Shown: piece by piece, positions 1 to 11,468 of the stretch | Layout: every line of letters starts with the position of its first letter | How positions within the stretch are numbered: the stretch's first letter is position 1 | Translations under genes and position numbers: made by a program | Assembly: GCF_000181795.1 (NCBI RefSeq) | Contig: NW_003526948.1 | Location: 943,444 to 1,007,443 of the forward strand | Length of the DNA stretch: 64,000 nucleotides | From: Trichinella spiralis | Taxonomy: Eukaryota | Reading direction: 5' to 3' | Notes under the pieces: generated by a model | Seen by the model: only the letters and a program-made list of their open reading frames with translations | The model's database searches: none | Told to the model about the DNA's origin: nothing

Positions 1-146
1 TAGTCGGGGGGTAGCAGTAAGCGCACACCACACCACCAGCGGGCTACCTAAGCGCACGGATATAGTCGGGGGGTAGCACTAAGCGCACACCACACCACCA
101 GCGGGCTACCTAAGCGCACGGATATAGTCGGGGGGGTAGCACTAAG
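1..146. repeat. GC-rich tandem repeat, 62-bp unit (~2.4 copies visible, truncated by window start)
   Basis: Units start at 1, 63 and 125 (tagtcggggggtagca[g/c]taagcgcacaccacaccaccagcgggctacctaagcgcacggata) and are near-identical. Confidence 0.95.
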
Positions 147-1419
147 GGCGGTAAAGATGACGGGTAATTTTTAGATAAAGAACAGGAAACATACTTACCA
201 CATTCGAATATCTTTTGGTATAATGTAATTCCTCTGAAATGCAGTTGTGTTATTTGATCGTTTTGCGAGTCCATTGCTTCATTATGCTTTCTATTCTTCT
301 TCGAATACGGACATTTGAATTCTTTGTTTCTTTTCATTTCATATACTGATGTGCTGCAACTTTGCATTTTCAGTGATTTTCTATTTCTTTGTGGAATTTG
401 AATATTCATTTTTAAAAGAAGTCATAAAAAAACTTACTTTCATGAAACATGCATTTTCATGTCTTTTTTCATTTTTTTTAGTCGTTGCGCTTCATTTTTT
501 CGATTTTCTCAACAATCATTACCTTATGCTTCGAATCTGAAAAATGGATTCAAGTTTTTAATATGTATGAGTATTCTTAATTTAAGCTGCATTTTTTCGA
601 ACTCGGTAATGCCTGTGCGGTTTAGGATCATTTGATACAGGAATGTAACCACGTTCGAGCATAAATTCATTGTATAAAATGAATTCCACCAGTGCACGCT
701 CTATTGGCATTTTTGAAATTGAAATATTAAGGCCACAGTATACCTTATTTTAGCGTGACTTTTTTAAATGTTTCAAAGTTGCAAAATTTGTGATTCGCAG
801 GTTACATGCTATGCTTTTTGTTTTTTGAAACTATCAGTGTGCGTTTTTCGCTTTTTTGTGTATGTAATTTAGTATTCTTTTCATTAAGTTTTAAGTTTTT
901 GTCATCTTTTGTGAAATTTAATGTTAATTAGACTCAGATTAATTGCAGCCATTGCATTTCCTAATCTATTGCTGTTATTTTTAAATAGGCGCATGAATTC
1001 AGCTTTTATTCCTCAGTTACTTCACGAGTTGGTAGACTTATTATATTATCTGCCCATTGTGCCTTCTTTGTCGTCTATTTCTGATGTATATAAGCGAAAA
1101 ATTGATTGTTTGTGAGCAAGGATAGTTTGGTTTCTCATCGTCACCTCAGATTCTGCACTAAGCAAATTTCGTGAGGGTACACAGACACTAGACCGCGGCA
1201 TTATCTGACATCTTTGTATTTCATGCTTGATTAACAGTGTGATCTTCGATGGTGGCTGGGGTGTCATTTTGATTATATTTAATGATAAACATTTATCTAC
1301 CCAAACTTTTGTGATGCATGTTCAACAGCTGTGAATCTTGATGACACACACATAGGTTCTAATTAAGAAAATATTAGAGCTAGACATGTCTGGCACTACT
1401 CCTTATGGAATTATGGCAT

Positions 1420-2748
1420 GTTCCATTCTGTAAACATTGGGCAGTTCTCAACAAGAATGCTCGACACGTAGAAATATTGCTTTTACTGATCAGCGAACGG
1501 AGATCTTGGAATGAATAGGTAGCAACACTTCGATTTATGGTTGATTTTATTTCTGACGTTGGTAAATTTCAAAGTATTGCTTTCCTCGCTCCGCGTGTAG
1601 TCACACGTTGCATTTTTGGCAACGCCCCTGTGGTCCTGTAGCAATAATATGGTTTACGCCATCGAAACGGATGTCAGGCAATTGTGACATGAAACCTGAT
1701 GCCACTCTTGGTGTCGCTGTTCGTTCTGACTGGAGCAAGCTCAGGACCATATGTCGACGGAGCTCTAAGTGGCAATATCACTGCGTCAGCACCATTGCTG
1801 CGGTATGGTCGGATGGTTCCAATAGCTCTCATTTTCCATCCGGATGACTTTACCAGCGGCTCATAATTGTTGAAAAAGTTGTCAAAATACAACGTATGCC
1901 TTGTGGTATTGGAGTTTTCTTGAATAATGTCGACTATATTACTGATAACTCTGGTGCTGAATGGCACTTTCGATGAGTGGATTTCCTTACCTTGAGAAGT
2001 AATCATATGACATGGGTAGCCATGGTTGCCACACAGCAACCATACTTTGTAACCAAACCTAACCGCACTAATATATAGCTCCTGTCAACTGTTCTATACA
2101 ACAGAAAAACTATTGCATTCCAGTGTCAGTGTCTGTATGTTTGAGATTTGCATGTGGTATAAATGCAATAGTTGTTATCAGTTGTTCTGTACAACAAAAA
2201 AGTAATTGCATTCCATTGCCAGAGTTCACAGATTTTGATTTTTGAGTTTGGTCAATTATGTCAAATGGCAGGCTGTGAGAAAACATAGTTATAAAGCAGT
2301 TTGCACAAAAACACAGTCTTAGTCACTGTTGTGACAATATATCATAACCTGCCCTTTCATGTCGAGAGCAATCCAATGTTCACTAAATGGAACATCAGTG
2401 TTTTTTATCAATTATTGATATATAAATGTAAGAGTATAAACATGTATTATATATGTGCAAATAGAGTAATGTCTCAGCTACAAGAATATGTGCCTTCTAA
2501 ATAGTTAGGCACGGTGCATGTAAAAAAATTAACAAAAAATTGGAACTTAATTAAAAAGTCAATTTTTTGTAAATTCATTGATTAATAAAACAGAACAGCA
2601 TATCTAAAGGTAAATGTGATGCCATATTTATATAAATATCCCAGCCAAGAGTTCATTTGCAAAATATAAACCAAAAAAATGGAATATGGGTAGAGTTAGG
2701 TGCTCTCAAAGTTTTGTTCCATTTAGTGAACATTGGGGAGATAAAGGT
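1420..2748 (-). mobile_element. Internally deleted piggyBac (PGBD2/PGBD3-like) transposon remnant
   Basis: Minus strand reads RFGYK (~2046-2060), LYFDNFF...MRAIGTIR (ORF 1674-2039) and, in another frame, DIRFDGVNHIIATGPQGRCQKC (~1610-1676), which resembles the PGBD3-type Cys-rich tail. Imperfect palindromes GTTCCAnnnnGT(G/A)AAC occur at 1420, 2378 (inverted) and 2716. A TIR-like end ggagataaagg lies at ~2737-2747. The left end is unresolved. Confidence 0.8.
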
Positions 2749-2814
2749 TTCAACAGAGGAATCGTCACAGAAGAAAACAATGTGAAAACATGAAATTGCA
2801 GTATATAGAAAATT

Positions 2815-3034
2815 TACACGAGTCAATCTGACCCTGAACAAAAGGAACAATTGAATTTTTTTATAACGCCACCATAATGAGTAAATTAAAGTAAAAGGTT
2901 TCAGATTATTCTTCATGAAAAAATTGAACAAAGATAGCAAAATTCAAATAACATACGTATGTATTTAAGGCAAATGAAAATGGATTAAAAATCAGAAACG
3001 GTCAATTCGATCCAACGCATAATATAGGGGTTAA
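2815..3034. mobile_element. Terminal fragment of a second piggyBac-like element
   Basis: Ends ...cataatatagggg followed by TTAA (3031-3034), the piggyBac GGG|TTAA terminus pattern. Subterminal motifs gagtcaatctgaccc (~2820) and ggtcaattcgatcc (~3000). Confidence 0.5.
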
Positions 3035-4503
3035 GTTTCTGAATGCCAACATTTTTTTCAGAAATTATTCATTAATTTTACGTGAAATACCATTTTGATT
3101 AAATAAGTAATGCAGGAAAACGAAAATGTTTAAGTAATAGTGAAATAAGTCGCTCTCGCAATGTTAATGATAAGGCTCGTTTGTTTGCTGAACAATTTTT
3201 GCATATTAATGACATTGCAATAACGTGATCTGTTACCAGGCAACGTGATGACGTCATCAATAGGTTTCTGCTTTATAGTTTACGCTAAAAACGCAGTATC
3301 ACAGCAGCGAAAATGTTTTTTGTATTCAGACAGAAAAACAATTTACTCAACATATTTATGAGTAGTAACAGCAAAGTACTTGACAACATCAGTGCCTTTT
3401 CGATATTACAGAGTCTTCAAAAAGAAAATGTGTTAAACAGTAAAGATTTTTATGTTCGGAAATTAATAACTTTAGAAAAGTTACAATATTGGCATTTTAA
3501 TGTCACGTTTCTCGGGTAAACTCAATTTAAAGTTTATGTTTTGGCGTATGAGTGAAAATGGCATAGCTGCGACCAGGTTTGACAATTATGGTTTTGGTGA
3601 ATTAATTTATGCGTACTTTAAGAGAATGAGAAAGCTGAAATGCGCAAAAATGGAACCTTGCAATGATTCTGTTTATCACAAGCCAAAGTGGTCGACAATA
3701 CATTATATTAAAAATTAATGAAGTATCAGCGTGAAAATCAATGCTCAGAAATGGGCCTTTTGTGCTGTGATTTGAAAATGACTAAGTACTTCTATAACTG
3801 AGAAGAAAAGGGAATTTCTCATAATTTGTCAGTTATTTATTTTCGAAATATTTAATTAAGGTTGTACTTACCTTGTAACTTTTACTGATTGTGGGACAAG
3901 TTGCCAATAACGGTGACTTTTGGCTACTTAATAGGTACAATAAACTTATTTTAAGACGCCTGCGAACGGAGAAAGAGCAACAAGTTGGCACGCTGCCAAC
4001 TGCGCACTGACTATCATGAGCGTAGCCATTTCTATTCAATGATGTCTCGTTTTGTTTACATTTCGTACTGTCGCTCTTATCTGCTTATGCTCTTGAGGAG
4101 CATTATTTAAATTTTTTTCAATACAATTAATTTATGCGGCTTTATATATAATTCTACTATTTCGAGAAATGACTGACGATTTTTTTAATTATTAATAAAA
4201 ACTATAATATTATACTTATTAGAATATATTAGCATTCATTTCTAATGAAAAATGTTATACATTAATACAGTGATTCGAAATTCAGAATTGAAATTGAAAT
4301 TTATAAACGTATCAGGAAATTATGGGAATGCAATAAGCATTTTTTTAAAAATTTCACATTACTAGATCAATCTGTTGAATTGTTTAGGGTACATTAGTGA
4401 TTATATTTTAAAATTATGTAAAGAATATTATTTTGTATTGAGACTTTGAGGAAATTCGTGTAATTTGTTAAGAAATCGCTAAAATAACAAAAGCCATATG
4501 CAT

Positions 4504-5190
4504 TTAGCCTGCCTGTTTTAATTCAAACAAAACTATTTGATAATTTTTTATTGAATGTTTTCTTTGGCTAAAAAAATAACTACAACACGAAAATTTTCGT
4601 AAGCTTGCACGTACGTTCATTGATACGGGTGACTCTTTGATTTCTTCAGAATCACAGTTATTTCCACTGCTGTTGTTGGGGATGTCATTGGGCTTAGCAG
4701 TGGAAGCTGTTATTTCACTGTCAGAAAACAGATACGTAAATTGAAGTTCATCGCCAACCGTTGCGTATTCTACAAACTTCAAATCAGTCGGAATGTGTAT
4801 TACTGATTTCACGGATTCCTTCATATCCAAAATATCACGGACAGCAATGACAAGCACTGATCTTCCGGTTGGAACCAGTACGATTTAAATAAGTCCATCT
4901 AGGAATTATTTTTATTTATTGACCTCCAAAGTTAACATACACATGTACGTTCATTAATGATCGTTATAACTGACTGCCTACAGGAAACATACATAAAATT
5001 AGTGTAAATTAAAATTGCACTTTGGAAACCAAAATTCAGCCGTTATAACGAGTTTTTCGTCATACAATATTCGTCTTAATGAGATTCACGTACAACGTCA
5101 TTCAAACGAAATTCGCCGCAGAATGGCAAAAAACTCGTTCTAGCAAACAATTCGTTATATCAGCTTTCATTATAAAAAAATTTTAGTATA
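4504..5190 (-). mobile_element. Tigger/pogo-like transposon remnant
   Basis: ORF 4504-4857 (FVEYATVGDELQ...SDSEI) resembles the acidic Tigger C-terminal tail. Repeated cgttataac-like motifs at ~4962, 5041, 5136 and 5153 resemble pogo/Tigger subterminal repeats. Confidence 0.45.
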
Positions 5191-5439
5191 TGTGATATAA
5201 GTTGAAGGTTTCCAGAAAAACTTAGTCAGATTATACCATTCAAAGCGTATGCTCACACTAATAATTACCGTGATAATTAACATTTTTGTGTTTATATTTT
5301 GATCATGTAAGCGTTACATAACAACATTTTATTAGTACATTCGACTTGCAATCATAAAGTTTATTTAGGCAGTTTTAATGTTTTCTCAAATAAATCAAGC
5401 ATAATTATTGCATCAAGATAAAATCTTCAGCATCTGCAA

Positions 5440-6201
5440 CCTTGAATTTTTGAACAGCATGAATAAATTGTTAAACAACTCATTTGTTTGAAGAAATGTT
5501 AAGAAGGCTTAGCATTTGAGAGGATGACGATACGCAACGGTACAGTACTTTGTGTCAGATTCTAATTAGGGAAAAGGCAAATAGCATCTTCAGCAATATT
5601 CAACAAGAAAGTGAAAATGAATCTTAACCTCTTTAAAGTCAGCACTAAAAGCGAACTAACCTCCGTAACATACGCGTCAGTAGTAAAGCAAATGTTAAAG
5701 CAGCACAAGAATTTCAAAAACGAGGATGTTCAGAATTGGTAATGAAATGGACACCAAATGTCGTTGGTTCATTAATGGATTCACCTGTGAGAACGATAAC
5801 AACAGAATTCCTCAGCAGCATGACCAACATTACAGATATCATGAATCAGTTCGTATAATGATGATTTGGAATAGGGGTGCAGCTCCAAGTCAAAGCAGAG
5901 TGTCCTTGAAGTTATGTGTTGCTAAATCATAAAAAGGGACTATTAACTATTGATGATTTCATCGTCAATATACCCTAGCTTGAGGAACCGAAGGCCTGTC
6001 CTTGATCAAACTCATAATTATCCTCAATAAAGCAAGTAAACATTATTATAAAATTTTGAAATAAATTTTGTTGTGTGTATTCCGATTTTCATCAAAACCT
6101 ATTTAATATAAACACATGCTACAACGACCCCGTTTAACGTTGCTTCCTTTACGACTCTTTTCCAGTAACGCATTATGGATGTTAAGCAGGGTATAGCTGT
6201 A
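5440..6201 (+). mobile_element. Possible second pogo/Tigger-like remnant (3' portion)
   Basis: Broken reading frames ending in TIDDF (~5946). Terminus gttaagcagggtatagctg|TA resembles a Tigger TIR plus TA target site. Confidence 0.3.
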
Positions 6202-6903
6202 TCGCACAGTGATCCATCTAAAAGGCTGTTGCAGGCATTTGTCTCATTATAAAAAATGAATTAAATTAAGAGGGACAAAATAGCTGCCTTTGCCAACATG
6301 CAAATCTGACAAGAATTGCGCTGTCAACTGAGGTGCATGTTCAATTATTGTTGTCTCTCCACACAGCAATTTTTGGGCCACATCAATTACTTATGTTGTT
6401 AATTATTTTATTGTAATGTTCACCTAATCAACTGCTTTTAGCAACAGCTTTTCTATCCATAGCAAGTGATATTTCCTGGTTTGGTCTGCGAGGCAATAGA
6501 TAAGTTATTCTCGTTGATCTTCCCGATGGTCTCTTCAGCAGCTAATATCTGCTCAAACGTCTCTGGAATGCTTGACAAAGCTATGAAGTTATAATAAGGA
6601 AGTACATTTGAATAACCAAATATTGAACTAAAAACCAATCATGTTACAAATTGTTTGCAGTATCTCTCCGCATAAATTTGTATCAAACTTAGTTTAACAC
6701 TTGTAATTTTCTCATTCATTACTGATGAAAAAAATCTTATTCTTAACTTATTTCTAAAATTCAGTAATTTCATGATTATTATTGAAATAACTAATTAAAA
6801 TCATTACTGAATTAAATTTCAACATGTGCAACAGTACAGTCAGTAAGATCGCAATATTTGAAGTATTTTGCAGTTTAGTGAATAATGTTTACAATTACAA
6901 TAT

Positions 6904-6905
<2 letters not shown>

Positions 6906-6940
<35 letters not shown>
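6906..6940. repeat. (TA)n microsatellite just 3' of the FARSB stop
   Basis: Direct read. Confidence 0.95.
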
Positions 6941-6942
<2 letters not shown>

Positions 6943-6982
6943 TAAATAATAATTTAATTTTCCAAATTAATAAAATGAACTT

Positions 6983-9589
6983 TCAAAATAGTGCTGCTTC
7001 ATCACTTTCAGTTTCAATAACATGTTCAAAACACAACTCCAGACAAGAGCAAACCAAATTTAAATCAAATGCCTCGCAAACGCTCGGATGCAAAATCCCC
7101 ATATGACCAATCTTTTTCTCACCACGCAACATGATCGACGCACACCGGCCGGGAAAGTAAAACGGTACTAGAATATAAGCGTATATAATAAAACTTGTGA
7201 ATAATATTAGTATGTATACTGACGTAAATCTTCCTTAATGCAATATCCTAAAGCAGGATTTGACGAAACTTCCAACAATCGCATAAAGTGATCTAGCAAA
7301 CCATGTATTGTTTCAAAGCCAGATGTTTTCCCATAATAGACAGCACAGAAATGACGACGATTCACAGGATCATCACAGTCTAATGTATACAGGTTCAGTA
7401 ATTTTATTTAAAAAAGTTGCACACGTACCTGAATACTCATCCCGTTCTACTACATCTTGGATTTCAAACAGTTTCAAAGGCAATGCTTTATCCTTGTTAT
7501 GAGCCAACGTTTTCAATATTCCCGGAAGCAGCAATGTTCTTGCTACCTTAAATAATACAATGATGGATATTTTTCATTTACATACTTTTCATTCACAGAC
7601 ATTTATTTTCTAGAGCACAAGATGCATAAACATAAAAAGACTTGCCTGAAATTCTAATGTCTTTGGATTGGCAATTTCAACAGCTCTATTTAATTCTTCT
7701 GGTTGCTGCAGTTTCATTGATACATCCCCTCGGCTACACTAAAATAAAATGGTATATATGCATAGGCATACATGTACACATGTACATTATCAGAACAACA
7801 TAAGTATTTACCAAAGAAAATGTTAAAATTTCTGTGAAACCTGCACAAGCAATTTCTTTTCTCATTGCTTCTGTAATTTTATTCAAATATAATTGATCGC
7901 CTGTAGCAGTAGCTGGTGGTAGTTCCTTCTTAATGTTATTGTAACCATATGCAATAGCAACATCTTCAATAATATCACACTCGTGAAGAATGTCATGTCT
8001 TGTAGGAGGAATTTTGTAAAGCACCCTATCTTCACTTCCTACTTCTGCACTTATTCCCATACGATTTAACAGTTGCGCAATAGTGACCGAGGGCAGTCTG
8101 GAAAAAAAAGTAATTAATGAAATCAAACTCAAAATTAAAATAACACTGACTTTACGCCGATGGTTCTGTTCACTTTCGATGCAGAAACACTTCCAGTACG
8201 ACAGGAGAGAATCTAATACACAATGATAATCAATTATAATTAGTATAACTTATTCTAAAATTTATATCACTGGATATGTTTGACGAATACCACCTGGACT
8301 GATCACTTCAACAGGATCTACCTGATATGGTTGATCACAGTATACGCTAAACATGCAAACAATGGTATCAAGAACAATTTCTGCGCGATGCAAATCCACA
8401 GCCGTGCATTCAATAAAAATATTTTTCGTTTGCAGTGTAATTTTAGATTGATCGCTGTTAATAATAGGAGGCATGGACATTATTGCACCTTCTGAATCAC
8501 AAACATATGGAAACATAGGTTTATTTTCAATAATGCGTAAATACTCCCGAATATGAGGATCTTTCTAAACAAAAAGGGAAAGAGATTTGCGGGGTAACGG
8601 AAAGTAAATTACTTACTTCATAATGTTTCATTATTTGCATAGCCGTAAACTTTTCGGTTTCATTTAATGGCTTAAAACAAAGCTCGTGTGGGGACTTAGC
8701 TGAATAAACAAATGGTCCCTTGACCTTGTCCAAATCGTGCGTGCCAATGGCAACCAACTGTCTTTTCCGACATATATTCTGATGAAGCTTCTCCTGTAAC
8801 GCAATGAAACTGTCGTATGCGTCACGATTGAACGTTACATTCCTTAATACTGCTGCAACAACATAGGGTCGAATAGTTTCCACCTGAATAAGATAATGCA
8901 ACATCGGTCGTGGTTGAAAAAAATGCAACACAAATAATACTTCTTTGGTCACTCTTAACTGTATAGTTGATTTCATTTTAGATGATGCAATCATGTATTT
9001 CGGATGTTCGCAGCTTTTATAGAAAATCAATAATGCACGAATCAAACCTTCCCAACAAAGTAAATCATATCTTAAATCATGTGCTTCCGCTTAGTATAAA
9101 CATTATCAAGGTGAAACTTAAAAATGCAAAATGTCATTATGTTCAAATGATGCGACAAACCTGTTAGCAGGAATTTCAATTTTTAAAACAACTTCTTCCA
9201 CATTTTTTCCACTTCCGTCAGAAAAGACTTCAGTAGTCTAAACAATTTCATTTTCGTCACAATTGTCACTATCCAAATAGGATACTTACCACTTCATCAA
9301 GCTCTAATCCAAAACGAAATAGCAACTCATCTAGTTCTTCATCCTCTAAAAGTTTGCTACACATTTCATCATCCATTTAAAATTTAAACAAACAAAAATG
9401 TTTACTTCCAACAACAATGCATATCGTGAGCATGAATAAATTTAATGGTACAAGAATCATTTTAATTCAAAACAAAAAAAATTATGAAGCAGAAAAACAT
9501 TCATATATTCCTTAAATACATTGGGAATACTTACTAATATCTCCAAAATAATCTTCAAACAGACGTCTTTTAATTGTGATTGTCGGCAT
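6983..9589 (-). CDS. FARSB: Phenylalanine--tRNA ligase beta subunit (multi-exon)
   Basis: Starts MPTITIKR. Motifs [85 protein letters not shown] and YFPGRCA...GILHP. Stop TGA at 6983-6985. Confidence 0.96.
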
Positions 9590-11468
9590 TGTGCTTCTTG
9601 AAACAGTGTCTTTTAAAATAACCACTACAGATGAACAAAATTTACATAATAAAAAAAAATATTTTCCATGCAACAATCATGAAATACAACTCACATAAAA
9701 AATCATATACAATCACAATATGATAAAATCTATAATAATATTTTTTCTGTACTCAACTTCATTTATTATAAAGTCAAAACCAGAAGTTAAAGAATTCATT
9801 GCTTTGCAATGAGAAATCAGAAAAAATATTCCTACTGTAATAAAACTTAATTTTTTCTTAATCAACTGTAGATTAACTCCAAATCAGAATATAATGATGA
9901 AGCATAAAATAGCTATTTTTGAATGAAAAATGAGGAAAAACAGTTTATTTTTTTAAACATTTATAGGATGATACTGAAATATATGCAAATGCAAAATTTA
10001 CTACAATTTTTTAAACATTATACAAGTAAAATGTAAAACAACGAGAATACATAACCTTATATTAGAAAACTGTGGGCATTTTTTTTAAATCATTACATTG
10101 AATGCATCCTGCATTTAACATAAACTATGAAATCTGTTGCCAAAAGACGTCTAAATTTTTCTGCTAAAAAATAAACTATAAAATACTTTATCTAATTCAC
10201 TTAGTAAAGTACAAATAACGTAGAACATTATACGCAAACGTTCCAGATTAAAAACACCCTATAAAATCACTTTACAGAATTATAGTTTTTATTTTTTTTA
10301 ATTTAATGTTCAAATTAAAATCATTTTCTATCAACCTAAAATTTGAAACGTTTACAAAATTTGGTTTCTTCCTGTTAACGTGTATTCAGTATCATTGCCA
10401 AAGTATTATCAATACTATTCTGCATTTCCTACACACAAATGCAGAATGGAGAGCATTACTGATAAAAAAACATCGACTGAAATTTTAAACTCACTTTCAG
10501 TTACTCAGTTTAAGTGTCATTAACACATTATTAAACAAGTCCTGCTCTATTTGATATTTACTATATACATGACTTCGTTTCTCGCAATTCGCCAATGACG
10601 CGGATGTGAAATCACATTCCGTAATAATTATAAAATTAAAATTTACCTCTTCTGATAAACAAAATGTAAAAGACAAATAAACTTTCACCACTGACGTATA
10701 GCAGTGTCGCAATAATATTAAAGTATATGTGAGATCGTACTGTAGAGTTAGATAAGTCGGTTCGATGTAATAAGCCTATAGTCATTTTCATCTTATTTTT
10801 TTGCTTTTTTGTGTAAGCAGTAGTGTGAAATTTGAATTTTTTAATTTCATTTGTGGAGAGTATATTGTTTAATTTATATTTCTGAGTTACCAGATTCTAT
10901 CATTTGTCTATTTTTATAAAAAACATCTATTTCTTTTTAAGATTACTGTAATTTATACTTGATTAAATTTTTTATATACATAAAGTTGCTTTTGTTATCA
11001 TGCTATTTGTCTAATTGTCATTGTATTATACTGGGTGATTGATGCAGACTTATTATAGTGAAAACCTTTTTGGTGTTATTTCACTTATAATCTTTCCTTG
11101 TTTTTAGATGATGAATTTCTATTTTAATAATGCATCGGTTGATGTGGAGTATGTTTAATAATTAGATTGTTGGCACTGCGTAAATAATCAGTGCCTGCTT
11201 GATTTGTAAACTACTGATTTCCTTGTTTTTGAAATTAATTAGGTGAGATAAGATTGTCACAGCTTTATTGCTCTTCTCAAGTGCTGATGTTCATTTTTTA
11301 GGATTTTAGTGTTGATCTTATCGTTTTTAAATTAGAATATGATTCACGATTTCTTATGGTTGATTTGTAATTTCATTTGTATAGTTTCAGCTGACCACCA
11401 AGGAAACTGTATGAAATTTTTTTCTTGTTTTCATAGTTTCCCTTGAAATTAATTTCAACTTCTTTCAG

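Noticed and set aside
1..146. CRISPR-like repeat-spacer array
   Set aside because: The intervening sequences repeat rather than being unique, there are no cas genes, and the context is eukaryotic.
110..1400. Short ORFs as genes
   Set aside because: No recognisable motifs or splice-consistent model; probably decayed repeat sequence.
6230..6700. ORF 6453-6638 as a gene or pseudogene
   Set aside because: Surrounded by stops, and I cannot recognise a family.
9276..9292. U12-type 5' splice site (GTATCCT) in FARSB
   Set aside because: The GTATCC lies inside an ordinary GTAAGT donor that gives the correct frame. No U12 intron was recognised in the window.
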